From: an uncultured Gemmatimonadales bacterium
Lineage (GTDB): Bacteria > Gemmatimonadota > Gemmatimonadetes > Gemmatimonadales > GWC2-71-9
Length of the DNA: 64,000 nucleotides
Direction: 5' to 3'
NCBI GenBank assembly: GCA_963720365.1
Contig: CAVRFK010000003.1
Span: 32,381-96,380, forward strand
Shown here: positions 31,155 through 42,290 of the stretch, one piece after another
Position numbering within the stretch: the stretch's first letter is position 1
Layout: every line of letters begins with the position of its first letter
Position numbers and translations under genes: made by a program
Notes under the pieces: model-generated
Told to the model about the DNA's origin: nothing
Databases searched by the model: none
What the model saw: only the letters and a program-made list of their open reading frames with translations

Positions 31155-31415
31155 ATGAGCTTCGACAAGCCAGGGACGATGGCCAAGCATCAGGCGCACC
31201 CGACGGATACCGGGTCTACCAAGGTGCAGGTCGCCCTGCTCACCGAGCGGATCAACTCCCTCACCGACCACTTCCGGACCCACGCCAAGGACCATCACGG
31301 CCGGCGGGGACTGCTGAAAATGGTCGGCACCCGCCGCCGCCTGCTGACCTATCTGAAGCGGAGCGATCTCCAGACCTACCGGGCGCTCATCGAGCAGCTT
31401 GGTCTCCGCCATTAA
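31155..31415 (+). CDS. rpsO: 30S ribosomal protein S15
   Basis: ..[52 protein letters not shown].. ATG 31155 gives 86 aa, close to the usual S15 size. The start could instead be ATG 31179. Confidence 0.85.
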   Translation: MSFDKPGTMAKHQAHPTDTGSTKVQVALLTERINSLTDHFRTHAKDHHGRRGLLKMVGTRRRLLTYLKRSDLQTYRALIEQLGLRH

Positions 31416-31429
31416 GCCGTTTGTTCGCC

Positions 31430-31466
31430 AGAGGGCGTCCCGATCCAACGCATCGGGACGCCCTCT
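31430..31466 (+). terminator. perfect 15-bp hairpin between rpsO and pnp (terminator / processing-site candidate)
   Basis: AGAGGGCGTCCCGAT-CCAACGC-ATCGGGACGCCCTCT, 15 nt after the rpsO stop. No clear U-tract. Confidence 0.55.
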
Positions 31467-31523
31467 CTGCATTGATGTGTTCAGGCAGCAAAGAAACCAG
31501 AGCCCACAGAGAGAGAGAAGGCA

Positions 31524-33614
31524 GTGACAGCGCAAAGGATCGAGACCCAGTTCGCCGGACGTCCCCTCGTCATGGAGACCGGCCAATGGGCAAGACAGGC
31601 CGCCGGCTCCGCGGTAGTCCGGTACGGCGACACGATGGTGCTGGCCGCGGTAACCGTCTCACCCAACATCTCCACCCTCCCGTTCTTCCCCCTTACCGTC
31701 GAGTATCGCGAGAAGACCTACGCCGCGGGCAAGATCCCCGGCGGGTTCCTCAAGCGTGAGGGCCGGCCCTCGGACAAGGAAATCCTGGCGAGCCGTCTGA
31801 TCGACCGCTCGATCCGGCCGCTCTTCCCCGAGGGGTTCAAGAACGAAGTCCAGGTGTTCGTCACGGTGCTCTCGGCCGACCAGGAGAACGACGCCGACAT
31901 CCTCGGCGTGGTGGCGGCCTCGACGGCGCTCAGCCTCTCGCCGGTGCCGTGGAACGGGCCGCTGGCCGCCGTGCGGGTGGGCCGGGTCGAAGGCAACTGG
32001 ATCCTCAACCCCACCTTCCAGCAGCTCGAGTTCTCCAGCATCGACCTGGTCGTGAGCGGCTCCGCCGACTCGGTCGTCATGGTGGAGGGCGGCTCGCTCG
32101 AGGTCTCCGAGGCCGAGATCCTCGAGGCGCTCAAGGTGGCGCAGAAGGGGATCCGCGAGGTGATCGGGCTGGAGAAGCAGCTCATGGACAAGGCGGGCGC
32201 CAAGCCGAAGCTGGCGTGGGTCAAGGCGGAGATCGACGCGGAGCTCCAGGGCCGCGCCACCGACGCCGCCGAGAACGCGATGGCGCAGGCGATCAACGCG
32301 GCCGACAAGGCCTCGCGGTCCGCGGGCGTGAAGAGCGTGAAGGACAAGACGCTCGCCGCCCTGCTGGCCGACTATCCCGAGCGCGGGCGCGAGATCTCGA
32401 ACCATCTCGAGGACATCGAGTACCGCGTCATGCGGAAGCAGGTGCTGGACAAAGGTGAGCGGGTGGACGGACGCGACCTCGACACCATCCGGCCGATCAA
32501 CATCGACACCGGCGTGCTGCCGCGTACGCACGGCTCCGCCGTGTTCACCCGGGGTCAGACCCAGGGGTTGGTCTCGGTCACGCTGGGCACCAGCGACGAC
32601 GAGCAGCGGATCGACAGCATCGACGTGGCGGGCGAAACCACCAAGTCGTTCATGCTGCATTACAACTTCCCGCCCTATTCGACGGGCGAAGTGAAGATGA
32701 TCCGCGGCACCAGCCGGCGTGAGATCGGGCACGGTGCCCTGGCCGAGCGCGCGCTGCAGCCGCTCCTGCCCCAGTACGAGGACTTCCCGTACACCTTGCG
32801 CGTGGTGTCGGAGATCCTCGAGTCCAACGGCTCGTCCTCGATGGCCACCGTGTGCGGCGGCTCGCTGGCGCTGATGGATGCGGGCGTGCCGATGAAGGCG
32901 CCCTGCGCCGGCGTCGCGATGGGCCTCATCAAGGAGAGCGAGAAGGTCGCGATCCTGACCGACATCCTGGGCTCCGAGGACCACCTCGGCGACATGGACT
33001 TCAAGGTCGCCGGCACGGAGAAGGGGATCACCTCGATCCAGATGGACATCAAGATCGAGGGCCTCGATCTCAAGATCATGGAGCAGGCGCTGGAGAAGGC
33101 CCGCCGCGGCCGGCTCCACATCCTCAAGGAGATGGCGAAGGCGCTTCCCGGTCCCCGGACCGAGCTGTCGCAGTACGCGCCGCGCATCTTCACGATGCAG
33201 ATCAAGCCCGACAAGATCGGGGACGTCATCGGTCCCAAGGGCAAGACCATCCGGGGCATCCAGGACGCCACCGGGGCCAAGATCAGCATCGAGGACAGCG
33301 GCGTGGTGACGATCTCCGCGGTCGGCGGCGAGGCGGGCGAGAAGGCCCGCGCGATGGTCGCCGCGATCACCACCGAGCCCGAGGTCGGGCGGACCTACGA
33401 GGGGCCGGTCAAGAGCACCACGGCCTTCGGGGCGTTCGTCGAGATCCTCCCCGGCGTGGAGGGCCTGCTGCACATCAGCGAGCTCCAGCACGGCCGCACC
33501 GAGAAGACCGAGGACGTCGTCAAGAAGGGTGACATCGTCCAGGTCAAGCTGCTCGAGGTGGACGAGCGGGGCCGCATGAAGCTGTCCCGGAAGGCGCTGA
33601 TCCCCAAGGAATAG
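31524..33614 (+). CDS. pnp: polyribonucleotide nucleotidyltransferase (PNPase)
   Basis: 696-aa uninterrupted ORF with two RNase PH domains, KH (IGPKGKTIRGI) and S1 (GAFVEILPGVEGLLHISEL). Confidence 0.9.
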   Translation: MTAQRIETQFAGRPLVMETGQWARQAAGSAVVRYGDTMVLAAVTVSPNISTLPFFPLTVEYREKTYAAGKIPGGFLKREGRPSDKEILASRLIDRSIRPLFPEGFKNEVQVFVTVLSADQENDADILGVVAASTALSLSPVPWNGPLAAVRVGRVEGNWILNPTFQQLEFSSIDLVVSGSADSVVMVEGGSLEVSEAEILEALKVAQKGIREVIGLEKQLMDKAGAKPKLAWVKAEIDAELQGRATDAAENAMAQAINAADKASRSAGVKSVKDKTLAALLADYPERGREISNHLEDIEYRVMRKQVLDKGERVDGRDLDTIRPINIDTGVLPRTHGSAVFTRGQTQGLVSVTLGTSDDEQRIDSIDVAGETTKSFMLHYNFPPYSTGEVKMIRGTSRREIGHGALAERALQPLLPQYEDFPYTLRVVSEILESNGSSSMATVCGGSLALMDAGVPMKAPCAGVAMGLIKESEKVAILTDILGSEDHLGDMDFKVAGTEKGITSIQMDIKIEGLDLKIMEQALEKARRGRLHILKEMAKALPGPRTELSQYAPRIFTMQIKPDKIGDVIGPKGKTIRGIQDATGAKISIEDSGVVTISAVGGEAGEKARAMVAAITTEPEVGRTYEGPVKSTTAFGAFVEILPGVEGLLHISELQHGRTEKTEDVVKKGDIVQVKLLEVDERGRMKLSRKALIPKE

Positions 33615-33621
33615 CCCTTTC

Positions 33622-34887
33622 GTGGAAACCGAACTTCTCGACGAGGGGCTGCACCGGACCACCGCACCCAGCGGGCTGGTCGTCTACTCCGAATCGCTGC
33701 CGGGCGTGCGCTCGGCGGCGATCGGGATCTACATACGGACGGCCAGCGCCCACGAGCGCCGCGAGCAGATGGGGATCTCCCATCTGCTCGAGCACATGGT
33801 GTTCAAGGGCACGGAGCGGCGCAGCGCCCGCGACCTGGCGATGGAGCTGGAGGTGCGGGGCGGCAGCCTCGACGCCTACACCGGCCGCGACGCCACCAGC
33901 TACCAGGCCCACGCGCTCGACGCCGACCTTCCGCTGGCGGTGGACCTCCTCACCGATCTCGTGCGGCGCCCGCTGCTGCGCGAGAGCGATCTCGAGCCGG
34001 AGCGGGGCGTGATCCTGGAAGAGATCAACGGCGTGGCCGACACGCCCGACGATCTCGTGTTCGAGCTCCACGCCGCCACGCTCTGGCCCGACCATCCCTA
34101 CGGCTACTCCATTCTCGGCACGCCCGATACGCTCGGCGCGCTCTCGGCGGACGACCTTCGCTGCCTGCACCAGACCGGCTACAACCGGGGCAACTGCGTG
34201 ATCGCGGCGGCGGGCAACCTGGAGCACGACCGCCTGCTGGAGGTTCTGGAGCGGGAGGGCTGGTTCGAGGGCACGGCCCGGGAGCCCACCAGGCGGCCGG
34301 TGGCGCTCGAGCCGGCGGCACGGGGCGTGTCGCGGTGGGAGGAGCGGGACACCGCGCAGACCCACGTGGTGTTCGGCGCCGAGACCTTCCCGCTGCGCGA
34401 TCCCCGGCGCTTCGCGCTCGCGATCCTGGTCAACGTCTTCGGCGGCGGCATGTCCAGCCGGCTGTTCCAGCGGGTGCGCGAGGAGCTGGGTCTGGCCTAC
34501 GCGGTGTTCGCCTACAAGAGCTTCCACCAGAGCTCGGGCCAGCTCGGCGTGTACGTCGGCAGCCAGACCGCGAGCGCGGACCAGGCGGTGGACGCGATCC
34601 GCGCCGAGTACGACAAGCTGGCGCGCGAGGGTCTGCCGCGGGACGAGCTGGAGTCGGGCAAGCAGCAGCTCAAGGGACAGATCATGCTCTCCCTGGAGAG
34701 CCCGCTCGCGCGAATGGGCCGGCTCGCCGGGTTCAGTCTCCACGACGACCCCTACCGCCCGCTCGACCGCACGCTCGCCGAGATCGACGCGGTGACGGAC
34801 GACCAGGTCGCGGCGGTGGCGGCGGAGTTCTTCCCGGCGGAGCGGCAGACGGTGATGCGGTTGGGACCAGCACCCAGAAAAGCGTAA
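33622..34887 (+). CDS. M16 family zinc peptidase (insulinase-like)
   Basis: 421-aa ORF with the inverted zinc motif HLLEHMVFKGT. Confidence 0.75.
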   Translation: METELLDEGLHRTTAPSGLVVYSESLPGVRSAAIGIYIRTASAHERREQMGISHLLEHMVFKGTERRSARDLAMELEVRGGSLDAYTGRDATSYQAHALDADLPLAVDLLTDLVRRPLLRESDLEPERGVILEEINGVADTPDDLVFELHAATLWPDHPYGYSILGTPDTLGALSADDLRCLHQTGYNRGNCVIAAAGNLEHDRLLEVLEREGWFEGTAREPTRRPVALEPAARGVSRWEERDTAQTHVVFGAETFPLRDPRRFALAILVNVFGGGMSSRLFQRVREELGLAYAVFAYKSFHQSSGQLGVYVGSQTASADQAVDAIRAEYDKLAREGLPRDELESGKQQLKGQIMLSLESPLARMGRLAGFSLHDDPYRPLDRTLAEIDAVTDDQVAAVAAEFFPAERQTVMRLGPAPRKA

Positions 34888-34911
34888 TCCACTCAGGAGC
34901 AGAGGCCCCGC

Positions 34912-36024
34912 ATGCTCATCGGCGTCCCGAAAGAGATCAAGACCAACGAGAACCGGATCGCCCTCGTCCCCGCCGGCGCCGAAGCACTGACCGCCGCCGG
35001 CCACACGGTCTTCATCGAGCAGGGCGGCGGAATCGGCAGCGGCTTCCCGGACGACGCGTACACCGCTGTCGGCGCGAAGATCCTGCCCACCGCCGACGAC
35101 GTGTGGAAGCAGGGCGAGATGATCATGAAGGTGAAGGAGCCGATCGCCGTCGAGTGGCCGCGCATGCGGAAGGGGCAGCTGATCTACACCTACTTCCACT
35201 TCGCGGCGGCGGAGGAGCTGACCAGGGCGGTCATCGATTCCGGCGCGGTCGCGGTCGCCTACGAGACGGTCCAGCTCGCGAGCGGCGAGCTGCCCCTGCT
35301 CACGCCGATGTCCGAGGTGGCCGGACGGATGTCGGTGCAGGAGGGGGCCAAGTACCTGGAGAAGGTGTTCGGCGGCAGCGGGATCCTGCTCGGCGGGGTG
35401 CCGGGCGTGGCGCCGGGCGAGGTCGTCATCATCGGGGGCGGCGTGGTCGGCATCAACGCGGCGAAGATGGCCGCGGGGCTCGGCGCCCACGTCACCATCC
35501 TCGACATCTCGCTCGACCGGCTCCGGTACCTCGACGACGTCCTCCCCGCCAACGTGGACACGGCCTACTCCAACCGTCACAACATCCTCGACGCCATCCG
35601 GCGGGCCGACCTGGTGATCGGGGCGGTGCTGCTCCCCGGCGCCAAGGCCCCCCACCTGGTGAAGCGGGCCGACCTCAAGCTGATGAAGCCCGGCTCCGTC
35701 ATCGTGGACGTGGCGGTGGACCAGGGCGGCTGCGTGGAGACCATCAAGCCGACCACCCACGAGAACCCCACCTACTTCGTGGATGGCATCCTGCACTACG
35801 CCGTGGCGAATATGCCGGGCGGCGTGCCCCGGACCTCCACCCTGGCTCTCACCAATGCCACGCTCCCGTATGGACTTAAGCTGGCCAAGCTCGGGTGGCG
35901 TGCCGCCTGCAAAGCTGATCCGGCGTTGCGGTTGGGGCTCAACGTGGTCGAGGGTAAGGTGGTCTATCCGGGGGTCGCCGAGGCGTTCCACCTCCCCCTG
36001 ACCGACGCCGGCACCGTCCTCTGA
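34912..36024 (+). CDS. ald: alanine dehydrogenase
   Basis: [53 protein letters not shown]. Confidence 0.85.
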   Translation: MLIGVPKEIKTNENRIALVPAGAEALTAAGHTVFIEQGGGIGSGFPDDAYTAVGAKILPTADDVWKQGEMIMKVKEPIAVEWPRMRKGQLIYTYFHFAAAEELTRAVIDSGAVAVAYETVQLASGELPLLTPMSEVAGRMSVQEGAKYLEKVFGGSGILLGGVPGVAPGEVVIIGGGVVGINAAKMAAGLGAHVTILDISLDRLRYLDDVLPANVDTAYSNRHNILDAIRRADLVIGAVLLPGAKAPHLVKRADLKLMKPGSVIVDVAVDQGGCVETIKPTTHENPTYFVDGILHYAVANMPGGVPRTSTLALTNATLPYGLKLAKLGWRAACKADPALRLGLNVVEGKVVYPGVAEAFHLPLTDAGTVL

Positions 36025-36458
36025 TCCAGGTCCTGCTCACCCGCCTCCCCCATGGTGAGGGTCTCCCCGTGCCGAGCCTGGCCACCCCGGGCTCGGCGGG
36101 GTACGACCTCGCCAGCGCGGAGGCCGGCGTGCTCGCCCCCATGGAGCGGCGCCAGTTCGCCACCGGGCTCGCCATCGCGGTGCCCCCCGGCTACGAGTGT
36201 CAGATCCGGCCGCGGTCAGGCCTGGCGTTCAAGCATGGGATCACCCTGCCCAACACGCCGGCGACGATCGACAGCGATTATCGCGGGGAGATCAAGGTCA
36301 TTCTGATGAATCTCGGGAACGAGCCCTTCGAGGTGACGAGGGGCATGCGGATCGCGCAGATGATCGTCGCGCGGGTCGAGCACGTCGAGTTTCAAGCGGT
36401 GGAAACGCTGCCGGCCTCGGTCCGCGGGGCGGGAGGGTTCGGCAGCACGGGGCGATAG
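36021..36458 (+). CDS. dut: dUTP diphosphatase; start codon uncertain (possible CTG at 36021)
   Basis: Frame contains (L)[29 protein letters not shown].., [25 protein letters not shown]. The first canonical start (GTG 36069) would delete the conserved N-terminal strand. No ATG/GTG/TTG lies between the in-frame stop at 35955 and 36069. Confidence 0.7.
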   Translation: MIQVLLTRLPHGEGLPVPSLATPGSAGYDLASAEAGVLAPMERRQFATGLAIAVPPGYECQIRPRSGLAFKHGITLPNTPATIDSDYRGEIKVILMNLGNEPFEVTRGMRIAQMIVARVEHVEFQAVETLPASVRGAGGFGSTGR

Positions 36459-36474
36459 TGGGGCGTTCACTCCC

Positions 36475-36504
36475 TTGAATGCGGAGACGGCCATTCGTTA
36501 CCTT
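36475..36504 (+). promoter_or_regulatory. candidate promoter for mreBCD (TTGAAT-N18-TACCTT)
   Basis: Hexamers at 36475-36480 and 36499-36504, about 28 nt upstream of ATG 36532. Confidence 0.25.
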
Positions 36505-36531
36505 GTGACCCATGCTTCCGACTTCTTCTCG

Positions 36532-37569
36532 ATGAAGCTTCCTTCTTTGAACTTTACGTCGTGGCTCCCCGCGAACGAAATCGCGGTGGACCTCGGCACG
36601 GCCAACACGCTCGTCTACGTGAAGGGCGAGGGCATCGTCCTCAACGAGCCCTCGGTCGTGGCCATCGAGAAGGCGACGGGGAAGATCAAGGGCATCGGCC
36701 TCGAGGCCAAGCGGATGCTGGGCCGCACGCCCGACGGCATCGTCGCCGTCCGGCCGCTGAAGGACGGCGTCATCGCCGACTTCGACGTCACCGAGAAGAT
36801 GCTGCGGTACTTCCTCAAGACCATCATCGACAAGCACGTCTTCCGGGTGAAGCCGAAGGTCATCGTCTGCGTCCCGTCGGGCATCACCGAGGTGGAGCGC
36901 CGCGCGGTCCGCGACTCGGCGGAGACCGCCGGCGCCAAGCAGGTGCTGATGGTCGCGGAGCCGATGGCGGCCGCGATCGGCGTCGGACTCCCGGTCGAGA
37001 CCCCCACCGGCAACATGGTGATCGACATCGGCGGCGGCACCACCGAGATCGCGGTCATCGCGCTCTCCGGCATCGTGTCCGACACCTCGATCCGCACCGG
37101 CGGCGACGAGCTGGACCAGGCCATCGTCCAGTTCATGCGCAAGAACTACAACCTGCTCGTCGGCGAGCCGACCGCGGAGGCGATCAAGATCAAGATCGGC
37201 TCCGCCGCCCCCACCGGGGACGAGCGGGAGATGGAAGTGAAGGGCCGCGACCTCGTCTCCGGCATCCCCAAGACCGTCCGGGTCCACTCCACCGAGATCC
37301 GCGAGGCGGTGCAGGAGCCGATCCAGCAGATCGTGGACGCGGTGCGCCGCGCGCTCGAGATCACCCCGCCCGAGCTGGCGAGCGACATCGTGGACCGGGG
37401 CATCGTGATGACCGGCGGCGGCGCCCTGATCCGCGGGCTCGACATCCTCCTGGCGCAGGAGACCGGGCTCCCCATCCACGTGGACGAGGATCCGCTCACC
37501 TGCGTCGTCCGCGGCACCGGGCGCATTCTCGACGACTACGAGAAATACCGCAGCGTCCTCTCCGCCTGA
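36532..37569 (+). CDS. mreB: rod shape-determining protein MreB
   Basis: [45 protein letters not shown].. The ATG 36532 spacing to DLGTANT matches known MreB. The TTG at 36475 would add 19 aa and sits in the putative -35. Confidence 0.9.
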   Translation: MKLPSLNFTSWLPANEIAVDLGTANTLVYVKGEGIVLNEPSVVAIEKATGKIKGIGLEAKRMLGRTPDGIVAVRPLKDGVIADFDVTEKMLRYFLKTIIDKHVFRVKPKVIVCVPSGITEVERRAVRDSAETAGAKQVLMVAEPMAAAIGVGLPVETPTGNMVIDIGGGTTEIAVIALSGIVSDTSIRTGGDELDQAIVQFMRKNYNLLVGEPTAEAIKIKIGSAAPTGDEREMEVKGRDLVSGIPKTVRVHSTEIREAVQEPIQQIVDAVRRALEITPPELASDIVDRGIVMTGGGALIRGLDILLAQETGLPIHVDEDPLTCVVRGTGRILDDYEKYRSVLSA

Positions 37570-37571
37570 GC

Positions 37572-38637
37572 ATGACCAGCGCGTCGGATCGCTCCTACAC
37601 GCGCCGGGACACCGTGATGTTCCTCGCCTGCCTCGGCCTGTCGCTGGTGGGGCTCTTTTCGCCACAGAAGTGGGGCAACAGTATCGCGGACACCCTGCGC
37701 GGCACGGTGCTGGCGCCGCTCGTGTGGCTTCAGGCGCGCGCCGAGGAAGGGAAGACGAGCCGGGCCCGGCTCCGAGCCGTCACGGTCCAGCGTGACTCCG
37801 CGTCCTACCTCGCCCAGGGCATCCCCGCCCTCTCCGCCGAGAACGACCGCCTCCGCAAGCTCCTCGACCTGAGCCGCCGGGTCTCCAGTCCCTACGTGGC
37901 GGCCGAAGTCCTGCGCCAGTCCGTCGCGACGGACGGCCGGACCCTGCTGCTCGACGTGGGCCGGAGTGACCTCGTGTCGGAGTTCGATCCCGTCGTGGCC
38001 CCGGAAGGACTGATCGGGATGGTGGTGTCCGCGGGGCCGCGCTCCAGCACGGTGATGACGTGGGCGCATCCGGAGTTCCGGGTCGGCGCATTCACCGTCG
38101 GTGGGAACGCCAGCGGCGTCGTCGCGCCCTCGCTCTCCAGCATGGGCGCCCGAGGGCGCCCTCGAGTTCCGCGGGGTGCCGTACCGAGATTCGGTCACCA
38201 ACGGGACGCTGGTGCTCTCCTCCGGGCTCGGCGGGGTCTACCCGCGGGGCATCCCGGTGGGTACGGTGATCGGGGTGGTCCGCGAGCAAGCCGGCTGGGA
38301 GCGGGTCTACCGGCTGATGCCGGCCGCCAACCCCGGCTCGGCGAGCCACCTGCTCGTGCTGGTGTCGTCCTCCGGCACCAGCCAGGAGCGCGCCTTCCCC
38401 AGCGACTCGGCGATCGAAGCGATGCGCCTCGACTCGATCGCCAAGGTGCGGGCGGCGGATTCGGTGGCCGCGGCGAAAGTCCGCCGCGCCGACTCGCTCG
38501 CCGCCGCGAATGCCGCCGCCAAGGCCCGGCGCGACTCGCTCGCCGCGGCGCGGCCCAAGCCGCCGGCGCCTGCGCCCGCCGCCCGCCCGCCTGCCAGGCC
38601 CGATTCGGCGCCCGCGCCGAGAGACACCACCCGGTGA
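37572..38637 (+). CDS. mreC: rod shape-determining protein MreC, one frame break
   Basis: ATG 37572. N-part: TM, coiled coil, LIGMVVSAGPRSSTVM. C-part is ORF 38101..38637 (EGALEFRGVPY..LVLSSGLGGVYPRGIPVGTV). Extra base near 38146-38152. Ala/Pro-rich tail. Confidence 0.8.
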
Positions 38638-39132
38638 CCGCCACGCGCGCCAACCGGATCCAGCTCGCGCTGGTGATGGCGCTGCTGGTGCTGCTCCATT
38701 TCTATCTGCGGCCGCGGCTCTGGAGCGCGCGGGTGAGTCCCGACTTCCTGCTCATCGCGCTGGTGTTCTTCGCCATGCGGGCGGGACCCGGAGCGGGGGC
38801 GGTCGCCGGATTCATCGTCGGGGTCATCAACGACTCGCTCACGCCGGCCGCGTTCGGCGCCGGCGCGCTGGCGCACACGATGGTCGGATACCTCGCGGCG
38901 TGGGGACGGGCGGTGTTCTTCGCCGACAATCTGCTGGTGAACGCCGCGTTCGTCGCGGTGGCGCTCTGGGTGCGCGATCTGGTCCTGTTGATCGCCAGCG
39001 GCACGTCCCAGGGCCGCCTGTTCCTGGAGCTGACCCTGAACAGTCCGCTCCAGGCGATCTCCACCGGCGGTGTTCGCGCTGCTGGTGCTGGCGGCGTTCC
39101 GCGAGTGGTTCGCCATCAGGCTCGACGTATGA
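38634..39132 (+). CDS. mreD: rod shape-determining protein MreD, one frame break
   Basis: GTG 38634 overlaps the mreC stop. Multi-TM. The C-terminus FALLVLAAFREWFAIRLDV* is in the +1 frame after an extra base near 39066-39073. Stop overlaps the mrdA ATG (ATGA). Confidence 0.7.
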
Positions 39133-41052
39133 ACGGCTTCGACTCCTACCGCGTCCGCGAGCGCGCCGACGTCGCCCAGTGGGTACTGGTCGCGACCTTC
39201 GTGCTGCTGATCGGCGCGTTCTTCCGGACCCAGGTCATCCAGCACGAGAAGTTCCAGCTCCGGGCCGAGACCAACCGCCTGCGCCCGATTTCGCTCACCG
39301 CGCCGCGGGGCACCATCTTCGACCGGAACGGCAACGTCATCGCCGAGAACGTGCCGGGCTACTCGGTCAAGGTGCTGGCGCCGTCGGTGGACTCTCTGCG
39401 GGCCCTGCTCGCCCGGATCGGCCGGTTCGTGCCGATCGACACGGCCGAGGTCGAGGAGGTGGTGCGCCGGTACAGCCAGGCTCGCTACCAGCCCGCCGTG
39501 GTCTTCGGCGACGCCACCTTCGAGACCATCGCGCGACTGGAGGAGCACCGGGCGGTGCTGCCGGGACTCGTGATCCAGTCGGAGCCCAAGCGGCTGTACC
39601 CGGCCGGCAAGGCGGTGGCGCACCTGGTCGGGTACGTCTCCGAGGTCACCGAGAACGACCTCACCGCCAACCGCTTCCCGGGCGCCGAGCTCGGGACCAT
39701 CGTCGGCAAGGCGGGGCTGGAGCGGCAGTACGACGACTCCCTGCGCGGCATCGAGGGCGTGCGGTACATGGAGGTGAACGCGCGCGGACGCCTGGTGCGC
39801 GAGGACGCGGGCGGCGCGTCGCTGCAGCCCACGCCGGGGCAGCCGATCGTCACCACGATCGACCTCGAGCTCCAGCGCTATATCGACAGCATCTGGCCGG
39901 CCGGCACCCGCGGCGCGATGGTGGCGATGACACCCGGCGGGCAGATCCGGGCGCTCTACTCCTCGCCCTCCTACGATCCGAACGTCTTCGTCGGCGGCAT
40001 CTCCCGGGCCAACTGGCGCGCGCTGAACGACGACGAGGCGCGCCCGCTGCTCAACCGCGCCATCCAGACGCGGTACCCCCCGGCCTCGCCCTTCAAGCTG
40101 GCCATCGGCGCCATGGCGCTGAAGCGCGGCCTGATCGGGCTCGACACCCACATGCCGACGCCGTGCCGGGGCGGCATGCGCCTGGGCAACCGGGTCTTCC
40201 GCTGCTGGAAGAAGGAAGGGCACGGCTCGCTCGACCTGATCGGCGCGGTGGCCAAGAGCTGCGACGTGTACTTCTACCAGGTGGGTCTGCGGCTCGGACT
40301 CAAGGCGATCATGGAGGACGGCGTCCTCATGGGGTTCCGCGACCCCAGCGGGATCGACCTCGGAGAACGAGAAGAATCCGATCTGGCCGGCCTCGACCGC
40401 GTACTTCGACAAGCTGTACGGACCGCGTTACTGGAGTCCGCCGGCAACCACACTGAACTTCTCGATCGGCCAGGGTGAGATCACCGAGACGCTGATCAAC
40501 ATGATGAAGTTCTATGAGGGCCTGGCGAGCGACGGCAGGTCCTCCACTCCGTACATCGTCCGGCCCACCTCGACCAAGACGGTGGATCTCGGACTCAACG
40601 CGGCGCAGCTCGACGGCCTCAGGAATTCGCTGATCGCCGTGGTGGAGCGGGGCACCGCGGCGGCGAGCCGGTTCCGGGACCTCGCGGTGGCCGGCAAGAC
40701 CGGCACCGCGCAGAACTCCCACGGGAAGGACCACGGGTGGTTCATCGGGTTCGCCCCGGCGGACAAGCCGGAGCTGATCATCGGCGCGATCATGGAGTTC
40801 GCCGAGCACGGGTCCAGCGTCGCGCCGTACGTGATCCGAACCCTGCGGCGGCAGCTGCTCGGCCCCGACACGGTCGGGACGATCAAGATCAAGGCATTGC
40901 TCGACGAGACGGTGGCCCAGGATACCGCTCCCCGGCCGGTCGAGCTCAACCCCGACTCCGCCGCCGCCCGGGCGCTGGAAGACTCGATCCGGCGGACCGC
41001 GCCCGTGACGCCGGTGGATGACTCGCTACCCGGTCCGCCGGAGCGGCCATGA
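39129..41052 (+). CDS. mrdA: penicillin-binding protein 2 (elongasome transpeptidase), one frame break
   Basis: ATG 39129. PRGTIFDRNGNVIAEN, SPFKL (SxxK), then +1 frame from about 40360 (ENEKNPIWP..LNFSIGQGE..AGKTGTAQ = KTG motif, ORF 40501..41052). Confidence 0.85.
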
Positions 41053-42290
41053 GAGGACCGACCATAGACCGCCAGCTCTTCCTGGTGAGCGCCGGCCTCA
41101 TCCTGTTCGGCCTTCTCACCCTCTACTCGGCGGGGCAGACCGACGTGCCGACCCGCGCGGCCGGCGTGTGGCACCGCCAGTTCGTCTGGGTCGGGATCGG
41201 GATGGTCGCCGCGACGGTCGTGTTCCACGTGTCGCCCAGGCTGCTGGAGTGGCTGGCACCGGCGCTGTACGGATTCAGCGTGTTCCTCCTGGTGCTGGTG
41301 CTGCTGATCGGCACCGGCGCCGGCACGGCCCAGAGCAGCAGCAGCTGGCTGTCGGTCGGCGGGCACCAGATCGGCCAGCCCTCGGAGCTGGCCAAGGTCG
41401 CGACGGTCCTCATGCTCGCCCGATACCTCTCCGGCCGGCGCGAGCCGCCCCGGTCGCTGCGCGACCTGCTGGTCCCGGGCATGATCGTCGGCGTGCCGTT
41501 CCTCCTGGTGCTCAAGCAGCCGGACCTCGGCAGCGCGATCGTCTTCGTGGGGATCGCCTTCGCGATGCTGTTCTGGGCGGGCGTGCGGCCCCGGCTCCTC
41601 TTCCTGCTGGCCTCGCCCGGACTGAGCCTGCTGCTGGCGTTCAACGACTGGACCTGGGGCGCCTGGATGGTGCTCTTCACCGCGCTGCTGTTCGTGTGGC
41701 GCCCGTACATCTCCGACGCGTTGGTGGTCTGGTTCATGAACGTGGCGATGGGCGCCATCGCGCTGCCGCTCTGGAAGCGGCTGGCGCCCTACCAGCAGAA
41801 CCGGCTGCTCACGTTCCTCAATCCCGAGGTCGATCCCCGGGCCGCGGGCTATCACGCGATCCAGTCGCGGGTGGCGATCGGCTCGGGGGGATGGTTCGGG
41901 ACGGGGTACACCGACGGCCCGCAGAAGCGGCTGGCGTTCCTGCCGGAGCAGCACACCGACTTCGTCTTTCCGATCGTCGGCGAGGAGCTGGGGTTCGTGG
42001 GCGTGCTGGTGGCCCTGGTGCTGTTCCTGGCCCTGTTCCTGACGCTGCTCCGGATCTCCCGCCGGGCCACCGATTCGTTCAGCAGCCTGCTGATCTTCGG
42101 GATCCTGGGTCTGCTCTTCACCCACGTCTACGAAAATGTCGGGATGACGGTGAACCTCATGCCGATCACCGGCATTCCGCTGCCGTTCTTCTCCTATGGC
42201 GGATCGTTTTTCGTGATCTGCAGCCTCTGCCTGGGCCTGGCCTTCCGGGTCGCGAACGACTCCCGGCAGTCAGGCTATCCCGATATCTGA
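41049..42290 (+). CDS. rodA: rod shape-determining protein RodA (SEDS family)
   Basis: 413-aa uninterrupted multi-TM ORF. PSELAKVATVLMLARYL, LPEQHTDFVFPIVGEELGFVG, GIPLPFFSYGGS. Confidence 0.85.
   Translation: MRGPTIDRQLFLVSAGLILFGLLTLYSAGQTDVPTRAAGVWHRQFVWVGIGMVAATVVFHVSPRLLEWLAPALYGFSVFLLVLVLLIGTGAGTAQSSSSWLSVGGHQIGQPSELAKVATVLMLARYLSGRREPPRSLRDLLVPGMIVGVPFLLVLKQPDLGSAIVFVGIAFAMLFWAGVRPRLLFLLASPGLSLLLAFNDWTWGAWMVLFTALLFVWRPYISDALVVWFMNVAMGAIALPLWKRLAPYQQNRLLTFLNPEVDPRAAGYHAIQSRVAIGSGGWFGTGYTDGPQKRLAFLPEQHTDFVFPIVGEELGFVGVLVALVLFLALFLTLLRISRRATDSFSSLLIFGILGLLFTHVYENVGMTVNLMPITGIPLPFFSYGGSFFVICSLCLGLAFRVANDSRQSGYPDI

Noticed and set aside
36561-40478. 1305-aa ORF that looks like a giant protein
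   Set aside because: It is a chimera. It runs out of frame across mreB, then happens to be in frame with parts of mreC, mreD and mrdA because single-base insertions remove the expected stops. The recognisable pieces resolve into four ordinary genes.
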